Assembly: GCF_963921235.1 (NCBI RefSeq)
Contig: NC_086107.1
Coordinates: 93,436,001-93,500,000 of the forward strand
Direction: 5' to 3'
Length of the DNA: 64,000 bases
DNA from: Mobula hypostoma
Lineage: Eukaryota
This document shows positions 11,225 to 23,865 of the stretch, piece after piece. Within the stretch, counting starts at the first letter, position 1. Each line of letters starts with the position of its first letter. A program made the translations under genes and the position numbers. The notes below the pieces were generated by a model, which saw only the letters and a list, made by a program, of their open reading frames with translations, ran no database searches and had not been told where the DNA came from.

Positions 11225-12373
11225 ATGGGACCTAGCTGTGCCTGCCTCTTCGTTGGTTATGTGGAACAGTCTGTGCTCCAAACCTATTCTGGTACTGCTC
11301 CCCAACTTTTCCTTCGGTACATTGACGACTACATTGGTGCTGCTTCCTGCACCCATGCTGAGCTCATCAATTTCATCCACTTTACTTCTAACTTCCACCC
11401 AGCCCTTAAGTTCACTTGGTCTATCTCAGACACTTCTCTCCCCTTTCTCGACCTCTCGGTCTCTATCTCTGGAGACAGACTGTCCACTGATATCTTCTAC
11501 AAGCCCACTGACTCTCATAACTACCTCAACTATACCTCTTCCCACCCCGCCACATGCAAAAATGCCATTCCCTATTCCCAGTTCCTCCGTCTCCGTCACA
11601 TCTGCTCCGAGGATGAGGTTTTCCATTCCAGGACATCTCAAATGTCCTCATTCTTTGAGGATCGTGGTTTCCCTTCTGCTGTCATCAATGATGCCCTCAC
11701 CCGCATCTCCTCCATTTCTCGCACTTCAGCTCTCACCCCATCCTCCCGCCACCACAACAGGGACAGAGTTCCCCTCGTCCTCACCTACCATCCCACCAGC
11801 CTCCGGATCCAGCACATTATCTTCCACAACTTCCGCCACCTTCAACAGGACCCCACCACTAAGCACATCTTTCCCTCTCCACCCTTCTCCGCTTTCCACA
11901 GGGATCGGTCTCTCCGCGACTCCCTGGTCCACACATCCCTCCCGACGAACCTCCCACCTGGCAATTATCCCTGTAAGCGCAAGTGCTACACCTGTCCCTA
12001 CACCTCCTCTCTTGCCACTATTTAGGGCCCCAAACAGTCCTTCCAAGTGAGGCAACACTTCACTTGTGAGTCTGTTGGGGTCATCTATTGCATCCGGTGC
12101 TCCCGGTGCGGCCTCCTCTACATCGGTGAAACCCGACGCAGATTGGGGGACCGCTTCATCGAGCACCTCTGCCCCATCCGCCAAAACAGACAGGATCTCC
12201 CAGTAGCCACCCACTTCAACTCTGCTTCCCACTCCCATTCAGATATGTCCATACATGGCCTCCTCTGCTGCCATGATGAGGCTAAACTCAGGTTGGAGGA
12301 GCAACACCTCATATACCGTCTAGGTAGTCTCCAGCCCCTTGGTATGAACATAGAATTCTCCAACTTCCGTTAA
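11225..12373 (+). pseudogene. Penelope RT C-terminal half plus GIY-YIG endonuclease with one in-frame stop (12023-12025)
   Basis: MGPS.ACLFVG, FLRYIDD, LPFLD, TDIFYKPT (PLE RT motifs); CKCYTC linker; VIYCIRCSRCGLLYIGETRRRLGDRFIEH and GMN (GIY-YIG). ORFs 11225-12025 and 12047-12373 share a frame. Confidence 0.93.
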
Positions 12374-12640
12374 CTCCCTCCCCCTCCCTTCCCCTATCCC
12401 TATGTCACCCTGCCCCCTCCCCTAGCTGCCTATCACCTCCCTCATGGTTCCGCCTCCTTCTACTACCCATTGTGTTTTCCCCTATTCTTTCTTCACCTTT
12501 CCTGCCTATCACCTCCCTGCCTATCCCCTCCCCCACCCCTTTGTCTTTCCCCTTACTGGTTTTTCACCTGGAACCTACCAGCCTTCTCCTTCCCACCTTC
12601 CCCCCACCTTCTTTATAGGGCCTCTGCCCCTTCCCTCTAC

Positions 12641-12677
12641 AGACCTGACGAAGGGTTCCAGCATGAAACGTCGGCCA
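12641..12677 (+). ncRNA. Minimal hammerhead motif in 3' pLTR (helix II damaged)
   Basis: agac-CTGACGA-agggttccagcat-GAAA-CG-TC-ggcc. Confidence 0.6.
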
Positions 12678-13249
12678 ATCTTTTCCACGGATGCTGCCCG
12701 ACCTGCTGAGTTCCTCCAGCGTGTTGTAAGAGTGCTCTGCCTGGCTGCATCACTGTGTGGTACCGAAACTGTAAAGCATCAGACTGCAAGGCCCTACAGA
12801 GGACAGTAAGAACTGCCAAGAAGATCATCAGGGTCTCCCGACCCCCATTCGTGACATTTACTAGGAGCGTTACAGATGTAGGGCCCAAAGCATTGTTGAG
12901 GATCCCTACCACCCATCCCACAATCTCTCTGACCCACTACTGTCAGGAATGGGGTTCAGGAGCATCAGGACTAGGACCACCAGGCTGGGTAACAATTTCT
13001 TCCCTCAGGCTGTGAGACTAATGAATACCCTGCCACTAGGACAGCGAGCTGTTTACGTACTGTTTACTGTTTACCTGTGCTGGGCTTTATTCCATGCATT
13101 TTTGAATAATATTTTATTAACTTAATTATAGTATAAGATTTTGATTCATGTGCTGAGTGTGATATACATTGAGTGGGTGCACCATGGTCCAGAGGAACAC
13201 TGTTTCATTTGGTTGCATATATGTAGAGTCAGCTGGCAATAAACTTGAA

Positions 13250-13955
13250 ACTCCTAGGAGTGCACATCTCACTCAGCCTCTCATAGTCCCAAAACACATC
13301 CTACACGGTCAGAAAAGCTCACCAACATCTCTAAGTTCCAAGGAGACTGAAGGGAGCTGGAATTTGCACATCCATACTCACATCATTCTACAGATTCGCT
13401 GCAGAGAGCATCGAACAAGCTGCATCACTGCGCGATATGGAAGCTGCACTGTGATGAACAACAAGGCTCTACAGCGGGCCGTCAAAACTGTCCAACACAT
13501 CACCAGGACCAGACTACCCACCATCAAGGACATAGATACAGCAGGATGCCAGAAAGGGGCCAGTAACATCATGACGGACCCCACCCACCCTGCTCAAGGA
13601 CAGTTTGCCCCACTCCCATCAGGGAGGAAGCTGCACAGCATCCACGCCAGGACAACCAGAATCAAAAACAGCTATTTTCACCAGCACCTCCACCTACTAA
13701 CCCACCCCTCCACACCCCCAGCCACCACTGCTTTATCACTTGCTGTCAGTCACCTCATGTACAGACACTCCTGTGCCTAGTGTCATTTCATGGATATGCA
13801 ATCAATCCATATATAAGCTATCTTGTGTGTTTATATTTATTGTGTTTTTATTATTATTATCTGTATATATTGTGTTTTTTTTGTGCAGTATCGGATCTGG
13901 AGTAAAAATTATTTTGTTCTCCTTTACACATGTATACAGGAAATGACATTAAACA
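13250..13955 (+). mobile_element. Rex1/Babar LINE 3' end
   Basis: CITARYGSCTVMNNKALQRAVKTVQHIT..DPTHPAQGQFAPLPSGRKLHSIHARTTRIKNSYF. Confidence 0.8.
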
Positions 13956-13957
13956 AT

Positions 13958-14212
13958 CCTTTAGCCAAAGGTCGGTAAATTTGTGAAATTTATTACCACA
14001 GGCAGCTGTGGAGGCCAGGTCGCTGGGTGTATTAAAGACAGAGATTGATAGGTTCTTGACTGGACATGGCATCAAAGGTCACAGGGAGAAGGCCGGGGAC
14101 TGGAGTTGAGGAGGAGATAGGAAAAAAGGATCAGACGTGATTGAATGGGGGAGCAGACTCGATGGGCCAAATGGCCTGATTCTGCTCCTATGTCTTATGG
14201 TCTTATGGTCTT
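13958..14212 (+). mobile_element. CR1 LINE 3' end
   Basis: CR1-type 3' UTR with a (tcttatgg)n tail. Confidence 0.75.
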
Positions 14213-14584
14213 ATCCTGAATCTTCTCTCTGATGGTAGTAATGGGACGAGGGCATAACATGAATGATGGGGATCCACAATAATGGATGCCGCCTTTCTGA
14301 GGTATTGCCTTTTGAAGTTGTCCTCGATAGAGGGGAGGCTAGTGCCCACGATGGAACTGTCTGAGTCTACAGCCCTCTGCAGCTTTTTCCAACCCTGAGC
14401 ATTGGCCGCTCCATACCAGACCACGTGGGCTGCCCCCAGCAGATCATCAGATTGTGTCGGACGTTGACGCAAATGTACGTTCCAGTGTTTCGATGTACTA
14501 CACACGTGACAAATAAAGCTAATCTTGCTTCTTTAAATCTTTACTGCACTGACAGAAGTGATGTCTGTCGGATGATTTTAGAAG

Positions 14585-15880
14585 CAGAATCAGATTTATT
14601 GTCACTTACTGAGATGAGGTGAAATTTGTTGTTTTCAGGCAGCAGTACATTGCGAAGACATAAAATTACTATAAATTACAGTAATAAATAGCGCTTTAAA
14701 AAAAAGGGAAAATATAGGTTGTGCTTAATAGCTAATGGACCATTCAGAAATCTGATGGCAGCGGGAAAGAAGTTCTTTCTGAATCATTGATTGAGGGTCT
14801 TCATGTTTCTGCACCTGCTCTGCAGAGATAATAATGAGAAGAGGGCATGCTCCAGATGATGAGAGTCTCTCATGATGGATCTCACCCTTCTTGAAGCTCC
14901 ATATCCATGATACAGCTGGCTAAAGCCTGATTTATACTTCTGTGTTAACTCGACACCGTAACCTACGCGCATTGTGAGCATTTATACTTGTGCGTTGGTG
15001 TGTCTGCATCGCTCTGCAATTCGTGCACATCACGCATACGCACACACCTGCCCGCGCAAGGCTTCATGGTCATGGTAGTCTTTCTCGTGGTAAACAAGAA
15101 GTGAGCATCTTTTTTCATAAAAGCGAAATGTGTCCTCAATAATTTCAGAGGTCTGTAAAGCTTCGAGGAAAGTATTGCAGCCAGAGTTCCTTCCCTGCCC
15201 TTCAGTCGCCCAATGGGAAGCTATTGCAGCGTAGGAGGAAATGCAATGCTACCAAGTGGACCAACCACAATTCTTACAGTCTGCGTTGCCGCGACACGTG
15301 GTTACATTTTGGGAGAGGTGCATGTCGCAGCAACGCAGGCTCTGGCATAGGGATCCACGTCGGCTTTGCATAAGGTTTGCGGTGTCCCCGTATTATGGTG
15401 TCGCGTTGAAGTATAAATCAGGGCTTAAGTCTACAACACTCTGTATCCTCTTGTGACCCTGTGCACTGGAGCTGCCAGAGTAAACAGAGATGCCGCCAGT
15501 CAGAATGATCTGCAGATGTATGTTACATTCTTTGGTGACATGTCAAACCTCTGTGAGCTCCTGATGAAGTACAGCGGCTGGCGTGCCTTTTTCATGATTG
15601 CATCAAAATGCTGACAGCCGGGAACTTGAAGCGGCTCGCCCTTTGCACCGCTGACTCTTCGAGGGGGACTGGCGTGCATTCTCCTGATTACCCCTTCCTG
15701 AAGTCCACAGTCAATCCCTTGGTCTCGCTGTTGTCGAGTGCAAAACTGTTGTGGCAGCACCACTCAACCGGCTAATCTGTTTCATTCCTGTAAGAGTTGG
15801 TCCATTTCCGAGTGTGCCAGCTAGGAGTGTTATTTATAGATGATGTTTGAGCTGTGCCTAACCATGCAGTCAGAGGCTAG
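14585..15880 (-). mobile_element. Rex1/Babar LINE 3' portion hosting a Harbinger MITE
   Basis: Minus ORFs contain MKKARQPLYFIRS..RFDMSPK and SIMRDSHHLEHALFSLL. Confidence 0.7.
14924..15425. mobile_element. PIF/Harbinger-type MITE
   Basis: TIR agcctgatttatacttc / gaagtataaatcagggct with TAA TSD at 14921-14923 and 15426-15428. Host ggctaa|gtctacaac rejoins. Confidence 0.85.
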
Positions 15881-16027
15881 GTAAGAGAAGCACAGCCAGG
15901 GTTGCTGTTTCAGGTTGCTAACTGTAATCCTGGACTGGTGTCAAGTAAAGGTGACGGATTTCTGTGCTTTCTCTTTCACACTTCTCGACGCCCCGTTGAA
16001 GTGGCCAGTGTAATCAAACACTCCACC

Positions 16028-16268
16028 TGGTACGTTTTGTAACTTCACAACACTAAACTAATTCAAAGGAAGGCACGGGAGCCCAGAATGTAATTTCGCG
16101 GTTACTTTAAGCAAGGTGCGTGCATATCACGTGGTAGCGTGATGACATATGCAATCAATAATGTATTTATACATATAGCCTGTAGTGAATTATTTAAATG
16201 AACAGGAATGCATATTTAACTATATATATATATGATTACTCAAATGTTACTGAAATATTAAATACACA
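16028..16268 (-). mobile_element. Solo LTR (241 bp) inside a Rex1 3' end
   Basis: TG...CA termini and a 5-bp TSD ccacc/ctacc (1 mismatch). The host cc|accctggccattctc is continuous once it is removed. Orientation is tentative. Confidence 0.65.
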
Positions 16269-16636
16269 CTACCCACCCTGGCCATTCTCTCTTCTCCCCT
16301 CTCCCATCAGGCAGAAAGCACAAAGTCTGAAAGCACAGCCAACCAGGCTCAGGAACAGCTTCTACCCCGCTATTATCAGACTCCTGAATGGAGCAGTTGT
16401 ATGATAACATGGACTCTTGTCCTCACAATCTACACCACCTGATTATTATCTTGCACCCTATTGTCTGCACTGCACCACTGTGTAACTGTGTCATCATTTA
16501 ACCCTGTAACATCTCAGTGCACTGTGAAGTGAGTTGATCTCTATGAACAGTGTTCAACACAAGATTTTCACTGTATCTCGGTGCAGGTGACAATAATAAA
16601 CCAATTTCTTCCAAAATTAAAAATATCCAACGTCTC

Positions 16637-16900
16637 AAACACAAAATAATCTGCAGATGCTGGGGTCAAAGCAACACTCACAACACGCTGGAGGAACTCA
16701 GCAGGTCGGGCAGCATCCGTGGAAAAGATCGGTCGACGTTTCGGGCCGGAACCCTACGTCAGGACTGTGGGGGGAAGGGGCAGAGGCCCTATAAAGAAGG
16801 TGGGGGGAGAGTGAGAAGGAGAAGGCTGGTAGGTTCAGGTGAAAAACCAGTAAGGGGTGGGGGAAGGGATCCGGGTGAAAAACCAGTAAGGGGAAAGACC
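16637..16900 (-). mobile_element. Penelope pLTR solo copy, same family as 10856-12727
   Basis: Near-identical to 10861-11085, with a hammerhead motif at about 16731-16767. Flanked by ccaacgtctcaaa direct repeats (about 16627-16639 and 16900-16912). Confidence 0.85.
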
Positions 16901-17854
16901 CAACGTCTCAAATTGTGGAAAATAATCTGGAGGGATATAGATCACTTATAGAACATAAAACATAGAACAGTACAGCACAGTACAGGCCCTTCGGCCCACA
17001 GTGTTGTGCCGACCCTTAAACCCTGCCTCCCATATAACCCCCCACCTTAAAAATCCTCCATGTACCTGTCTAGTAGTCTAGATAGAGTGGACAGCCAGTG
17101 CCTCTTCCCCAGGGGACTTGGCTTTAACGTAAGGGGTAGGAAATTCAGGGGGGATATTAGAGGAAGGTTTTTTACTTATAGGCAGAAGAGATTCATTTTA
17201 ATTGCCATTGTGTTCAGCACAGACATCGTGGGCCAAGGCCTGTTCCTGTAGTGTGCTGCGCTGGGTTCAAAGTTTTAAAAAGTTGCGAGTTCAAAGTAAA
17301 TTTATTATCAAAGTACACTTATGTCACCATATATGAACCTGAGGTTCATTTCCTTGCAAGTATGGACAGGAAAACAAAGAAATACAACAGGATCACACAA
17401 AGATGGACAACCAATGTGCAAAAAGAAGATAAATAAGAAAAATAAATCAATATTACTGGAAAAACTGAGTTGTAGGGTATCTGAAAGTGAGTTAATCAGT
17501 TGACAGTTGAGATGAGTGAAGTTATCCATGCTAGTTTTGAAGTCTGGTGGTTCCTGGGGACAGCCAGCTGATCAGATTTCCCAGAATGTAGTCTAGGGAT
17601 GGAATGGTAAGCACTTTTGATTGTATTGTGGCAGCGATATCAAATGTATGAAATTCAATGTATCAAAAGAGATGGGAGTAAGAGCTCAATTGACAGAGAG
17701 CCACAACTTGAGACCCTCATGAACGACATGGAGCTTTCAGTAAATTTGCATACAAAGGTCTCCTAATAGTGCCTCAGTGGAAGCCCTTGCCCCTAAATCA
17801 GAGATTTGGGGCTGCCTTACTTCAGAAATTCAAGCTCAATGTTCCATTGTGTTA

Positions 17855-18363
17855 GAGTACCTCCTGTACATTATAAAGTGGACATTGAGTGTATGATTGT
17901 GATCTTCTGCTGCTGTAACCTATCCACTTGAAGGGTTGATGTGTTGTGCATTCGGAGATGCTCTTCTGCGCACCACTGTTGGTTATTTGAGTTACTGTCA
18001 CCTTCCTGTCAGCTTGAACCAGTCTGCCCATTCTCCTCTGACCTCTCTCATTAATAAGGTGTTTTTGCCCACAGTGCTTCCGCTTCACTGGGTGTTTCAT
18101 GTTTTTCACACTATTCTCTGTAAACTCTAGAGACTGCTGTGTGTGAAAATCCCAGGAGATCAGCAGTTTCTGAGATACTCAAACCACCCCATCTGGCACC
18201 GGCAATCATTCCACAGTCAAAGTCACTTATGTTTGGTCTGAACAACAACTGAACCTCTTGACCGTGTCTGCATGCTTTTAAGCAGTGAGTTGCTGCCAAA
18301 TGATTGGCTGATTAGATATTTGCATTAACGAGCAGGTGTACTTAATAACATGACTTCTGAGTG
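17855..18363 (-). mobile_element. Non-autonomous Tc1-like element
   Basis: Minus ORFs SDFDCGMIAGARWGGLSISETADLLGFSHTAVSRVYRE and LINERGQRRMGRLVQADRKVTVTQI. Confidence 0.85.
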
Positions 18364-18511
18364 CACAAGCTGCTGTTGTGATGCTGCCTTTTTCATGAGA
18401 TTAATAAAGTTGGTCTGCCCTCTGAACAATCCACTGGTCAATAATTATCATTTAACCAACATCAGTGACTGCCTGTACTGTGCACTGTTTCCGACATCAC
18501 ACCGAGAACCT

Positions 18512-19165
18512 ACAGAAACACACATAAAATGCTGGCAGAACTCATCAGGTCAGGCAGCATCTATGGAGGGTGAATAAACAGTCGACATTTGAGGCTGAGA
18601 CCCCCTTCATCAGGACTGGCACAGAAAGGAGCGGGGGGGGGCTAGGAGTAGTAGCTGGCAGGTGATAGGTGAGACCATGAGGGGGAGGGTGGGTGGGTGG
18701 GAGAGGAGGATGAAGTGAGAAGCTGGGAGGGAATAGGTAGGAGGGGGTAAAGAGCTGAAGAGGAAAGAATCTGGTAGGCGAGGTCACTGAACTATGAAAG
18801 AAAGGGAAGGAGGATGGGAACCAGAGGGGGTTGCGGAGAGGAGAAGGGGTGAGAGGGGAGACGGAATGGGGAATGGAAAAAGAGAGAAGGATGGAGGGGC
18901 AAAAGATTAACGGAAGTTAGAGAAATCATTGTTCCTGCCATCAAGTTGGAGGCTCCCCAGATGGAATATGAGGTACTGCTCCTCTAACTTGAGTTTGGCC
19001 TCATCATGGCAGCATAGGAGGCCATGGACTGATACGTCAGACCGGGAATGGAAAGTCAAATTTAAATGGATGGCCACTGGGAGATCCTGTCCTTTGCACC
19101 AGACTTTGTGAAGGTGTTCGACAAAGCGGTCTCCCGATTTGCGTTGGGTCCCATCAATGTAGAGG
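18512..19165 (-). mobile_element. Penelope 3' fragment (GIY-YIG C-terminus plus pLTR)
   Basis: Reverse-strand homology to 12130-12727 (HDEAKLKLEEQ-like codons); decayed hammerhead at about 18579-18618. Confidence 0.85.
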
Positions 19166-19534
19166 GGGTTTGCACTGGCAGCACCGGGTACAATCCACAG
19201 AAATACCCCATTTTCTGCAGGTTACATAGAGGTTCAGTGTTTACTAACTAACTTGATAGAATCTGTAGATCTGTATCCTTAGTAACCGAAATGCTCAGCA
19301 GTTCAGCCAGTATCTGAGGAGGAATGGTTCCCCTTACCTGCAGCCTCAATAACTATCTCAGCCCAGCACAGGGCTTGCAGGGATATCTCTATCACTCTTT
19401 CCACCTTGCGCCAGGTAACCAGGAAAGCCGGGGTCACCTGGCACTCCACGCGAATATGCTCCGCAGATGAAGCAGTGCTGGTGGATAATGAACCACAGTT
19501 AATATGTCAAGTCGATTATTCTCCATCGGTACTT

Positions 19535-20010
19535 GGCGTATTGTGATTGGTTCTGGTCGTCTCATTATAGGAAGGATGTGGAAGATTTAGAGAGGGTGCA
19601 GAGGAAATCTACCAGGATGCTGCCTGGATTAGAGCATGTCTTATGAGGACAGGTTGAATGAAGTTCGTCTTTTTTCTTCGTAGCAAAGGAGGATGAGAGG
19701 ACACTTCTTAGAGGTGTATAAGATAATCAGAGGTATAGGTGGACTGGGCATGCAGAGACACTTTCCCAGGGCAGAACTGGCTAATATGAGAGGGTATAAT
19801 TTTAACGTGATAGGAGGAAAGTATAGGGGGGATGTCAGAGGTAGTTCCTTACACAGAGAGTGTTGAGTGGGTGGAACACGCTGCCAGAGGTGATGGTAGA
19901 GGCAGATACATTACGGACATTTAAGGGAAACTCAGATAGGCATGTGAATGATAGAAAGATGGAGGGCTATGTAGGAGGGATGAGTTAGATTGATCCAGCA
20001 ATCCAAAGTA
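19535..20010 (+). mobile_element. CR1 LINE 3' portion
   Basis: Decayed WS.HYRKDVE.LERVQR..TRMLPGL and downstream CR1 sequence. Confidence 0.8.
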
Positions 20011-20089
20011 TATGAATTCAAAAAGAAAACCAGAGCCCAAATGATGACAGAAAAAAATGGCTGATTCTGATACAGACAGATAGACCATA

Positions 20090-20455
20090 AGATATCAGAG
20101 CAGGAATAAAACAATTGGCCCATCGTATCTGCTCCACCATTCCATCATGGTTGATTTATTATCCCTCTCAACCCTATTCTCCTGCCTTCTCCCTGTAACC
20201 TTAGAAGCCCTTACTAATGAAGAACCTATTAAATATACCCAAATACTTGGGTTTTATGCATCTGTGGCAATGAATTCAACAGATTCACTATCCTCTGGCT
20301 AAGGCAACTCCTCCTCATCTCTGTTCTCAAGGGAGATCCTTGTATTCCAAGGCTGTGCCCTCTGGTCCTAGACTCCCCCACTGTGAGAAACATCCTCTCC
20401 ACATCCATTTTATCTCGGCCTTTCAATATTTAATAGGTTTCAATGAAATCCTCCA
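20090..20455 (-). mobile_element. CR1 LINE 3' end
   Basis: Minus ORF DVERMFLTVGESRTRGHSL..LRTEMRR..SQRIVNLLNSLPQ. Confidence 0.85.
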
Positions 20456-21057
20456 AAGATTCAGGTCCAGACTCTACCTCAGACAAAACAAAAGCCAGAA
20501 TGATTACAGACATAAATCTTTGGAGAAGGAGGATTGTTTAAATAGTTGACAGGATCCTCCACTTCACAGACTGAATTATTAACATATTTAAGATTAAAGA
20601 TTAGCTTTATTTGTCACACGTTCATCAAAACATCGAAACATTCAGTGAAATGCATCACTTGCGTCAACTACCAACGCAGTCTGAGGACATGTTGGGAGCA
20701 ACCCGCAAGGGTCTATTTGGGCAGTACGGTGGCATTGTGCTTTACAATGCCAGCTGTAAGATCGGGGGTTCAATTCCCGCCGCTGTCTGTAAGGAATTTT
20801 TACGTTCTACCCATGATCGCATGGGTTTCCTCTGGGGGCTCTGGTTTCCTCCCACATTCCAAAGATGTACAGATTAGGCTGATTAGTCACATGGGTGTAA
20901 TTGCTGTATGTCTAAATCAATAAAAATAAATAAATCAATTGTTAATATCTTTATGCAACATTGATTCAATTCAGAATTCAACTTTGGGCATGGTACTTTA
21001 AGGATGGATTTTCAATTGATCTGGAAAGATTGATAGGTCGTTTATTAAAATTGTATC

Positions 21058-21937
21058 AGGGTGGCTGAGTGGAGATACATCTCTACCAAAAGGGGTGTAA
21101 GGTGCTCGTTCTGTCCATTAGCCTGCAGATCACCCTTAGGGAAGGTGTAGTAACTGCTTAGACCCTGCTCCACCTGATCAGTGCCCCGTGAAGCCATGGG
21201 GGCAGGTGGTGGATGGTTGTATGAGCAGCTGGTGCATATCACAAGACCTGGTTACGTGACCACTGGCGCCAGGCAGCCAATTGGAGGATCTCATTGAAAC
21301 CTATCGAATAATGAAAGGCCTAGAGAAAGAGGACATGGAGAGGATGTTTCTTATAGTGGAGGGACTCTAGGACCGGAGGGCACAGCCTCAGAATACAAGG
21401 ACCTCCCTTGTGAACAGAGATGAGGAGGAATGAATATTGATAATGGCTGGGGTCACCCATCTTGTCCAGAAGAAGGCAATGGCAAACCACTTTTGTAGAA
21501 GAATTTTCCAAGAACAATCATAGCCCGTTCCTTAGTTAGAGCCTTCAACAATTTGGGCATCGAGGGAGAGAGGAAGAGGAGAGCCATCCGCAGTACCACC
21601 GATGCGGCAGAGAGGGCCGCAAGATGGCTGTGGCTCAAAAGAGGGGAGCCATGGAGTCATAAGTAGCTAGCCATCTGGACACAAGCTGGGGTCTGATCAG
21701 CCCCGGCTGGGTCACCTGGAGGAGGTTGTATGATGTTGAAAGACCCAAAACACCCGATGATTCCAGACCATCACTGAAGATGTGTCCAGAAACATCAATA
21801 GATGTATGTACACAGCATGGTCATGGAAAAACCATGATCGCCCACGTCATACAACACAACACATAATGGTGATGTCATACGACACGGCAAATAATGATGT
21901 CATACGACATGGCACATAATGATGATGATAATGATGA
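21058..21937 (+). mobile_element. RTE-related SINE-like element with nested CR1 fragment (about 21280-21430) and Hero fragment
   Basis: Homologous to 4253-4654 on both sides of the inserts; (GAT)n tail. Confidence 0.7.
21522..21815 (+). mobile_element. Hero-clade non-LTR retrotransposon 3' end
   Basis: 21523-21666 translates ARSLVRAFNNLGIEGERKRRAIRSTTDAAERAARWLWLKRGEPWSHK*, matching my recollection of Hero ORF C-termini. Confidence 0.7.
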
Positions 21938-23865
21938 TCAGGGATAAGGAACCATTTATTGAGGAAGTCAAAGATATTGTCCATACAGCAGAGGAAAATG
22001 TGAGGAAATTTAATAGAGATTTCAAAATTATGGACTCCTGGAGTAGGTAAGAAGCATCTATTTCCACCAAAGAACAAAGGTGTAAGATAATTAGAGTCAT
22101 TGGGGGAGATGTTAAGATCTGCAAACCTTGGCATGCAGACAAATCTAATGTTCAGAAGGGGATTGTATTTAGTGTGAAAAGGTAAAAAGGGCACAAAAAA
22201 AGTTGGAGGCCATAGGGAAGTTTGAGGGAGTGGGATTAATTAGGTGGCTCTTTCGAAGAGATATAGAGGACCCAATGGTTTCATTCTGTATAGCTGGTCG
22301 GTCTACGGTCTCCCAGGATACATGCCCTTCTCAAATGTTGCTCCTAGTACCTCGCATTTGCATTACTTGGCTGTTGTGGGAACAGAAGACTCCAAACATT
22401 TCTTTTCTGTGCAATGGAAAGACAACCTTAAACAAAATACAAAGCTAATGAAGGCCCCAGAGTACAGTACATTGTGGAAATTTAGCAAACAGCCTCATCC
22501 CTCTGGCACCACATTGTGTGCTAAAGGTTCTTCAAACTCTCGCCTGCCCAAGCTTACAAATGTAAGGCACACAGAAAATTTAGGTCAGAGCGGAGGAGAC
22601 GGCTTTTTTATACCGGAGCCTTAAAGGCAGCAGAATGGGTTGCAGGAGTTAGTGGCTGGTGGAGAGGAAGCATGTCAATGTTTAGGAATTGTCTCAGCAG
22701 ATGGCTGAGGAGAACGGATTCGGGAACATCAGTGGGAGCCAAAGAAAGTGCAGAGGCTAGGAATCTGACAGCAGAAAGCAGAAAACATTGGAATTGGCAG
22801 GTCAGGCAGTATCTGCAGAAGGAGAGAGTAAGTGTTTCAGGTTGAAGATTCAATGTGTGTGGGAAAATATGATAAATGAGTTGGTTTTAAGTGGTAGAGA
22901 AGATTGGGGTAAATAATGGATGGATCGGAGGGAATTTCTGTGACAGACTGGGGTTGAGGTTCACCAGGGCTGTCTCAGCAAGAAATACAGCTCAAATTAT
23001 AAGGTGAATGGGGGAAATTATAGGGAGAGATGTCAGAGGTAGGCATTTCGTACAGAGAGTGGTGATTTGGAGTGCACTGTCGGGGGTAGAGGTAAAAACA
23101 GATATATCAGAGATATTTAAAATAGGCACATGTATGAAAGAGAAATAGAGGGCTACATGGAGCAGAGGGTTAGATTGACCTTAGAGTAAGTTAAATGCAA
23201 GAATAACATTGTGGGCCGAAGGGCCTTTAATAATATGCTGCAGTGTTCTACATAAAAGTTAACAGAGATGGTTAGAGAGTTACAAAGGCAGGAGTGTAAA
23301 ATCCTGTGATGTTCAGTGCCTTTGAAAAGAGGGAACAAAGCTGATATCACAGCAGAATGACTTACAAAGGAAGTATCAGGTTCGGATGCAGGCTGAGAAA
23401 GTGAGTTGTCTGATGTTGTAGAATTCAGCACAACAAATGAGATACCAGAGGAACCCAGCGGAAGGGAGAAGTGGACAATCAATGTGTGAGGTGGAGGCCC
23501 TTCACCTGGACCTCTTCTCTCCATGCATGCTGCCTGACCTGCTGAGTTTCTCCAGCATCTTGCATGTCACTCCAAGTTCCAGCACCTGCAGTCTGCAGGC
23601 TTCCCCAAAACACCCTTAGATTGTGATGATTGTTAACACCAAAGATAGAAGTAAATTTGTTACTAAAGTACATATATGTTGCCATATACAACCGTGAGAT
23701 TCATTGTTTTGCAGACAAAGTCAGTAAACCCAATAACCATAACAGAATCAATGAAAGATTTGACCAACCAGGTGGACAACCAGTGTGCAAAAGACAACAC
23801 ATTTGCAAAACAAAAGAAATAATAGTGATAGATAAGCAATAAAAATCGAGAACAGGAGATGAAGA

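Larger units (their letters stand above)
10856..12727 (+). mobile_element. Penelope-like retroelement, 5'-truncated, with inverted upstream pLTR
   Basis: 10861-11192 is the reverse complement of the 3' pLTR (12435-12727). RT plus GIY-YIG ORF lies inside. aagagtgc(c/t)ct TSD at 10845-10855 and 12728-12738. Confidence 0.92.
10225..13250 (+). mobile_element. 5'-truncated Rex1/Babar LINE hosting two Penelope-derived insertions
   Basis: KFTDDTRV..REEVERLV, MIVGFRKAQADCSPLHIDGSTIQRVKRTKFLGLHITD, then after 12739 WYRNCKASDCKALQRTVRTAKKII, and aataaa near 13239. Confidence 0.8.

Noticed and set aside
11115..12050. 311-aa Ser/Pro/Thr-rich ORF
   Set aside because: It is an alternative frame of the Penelope RT region, with no independent coding signal.
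22244..22624. 126-aa ORF in partly unique sequence
   Set aside because: It begins in a CR1 3' UTR at a non-ATG start, with no recognisable domain or convincing splice sites.
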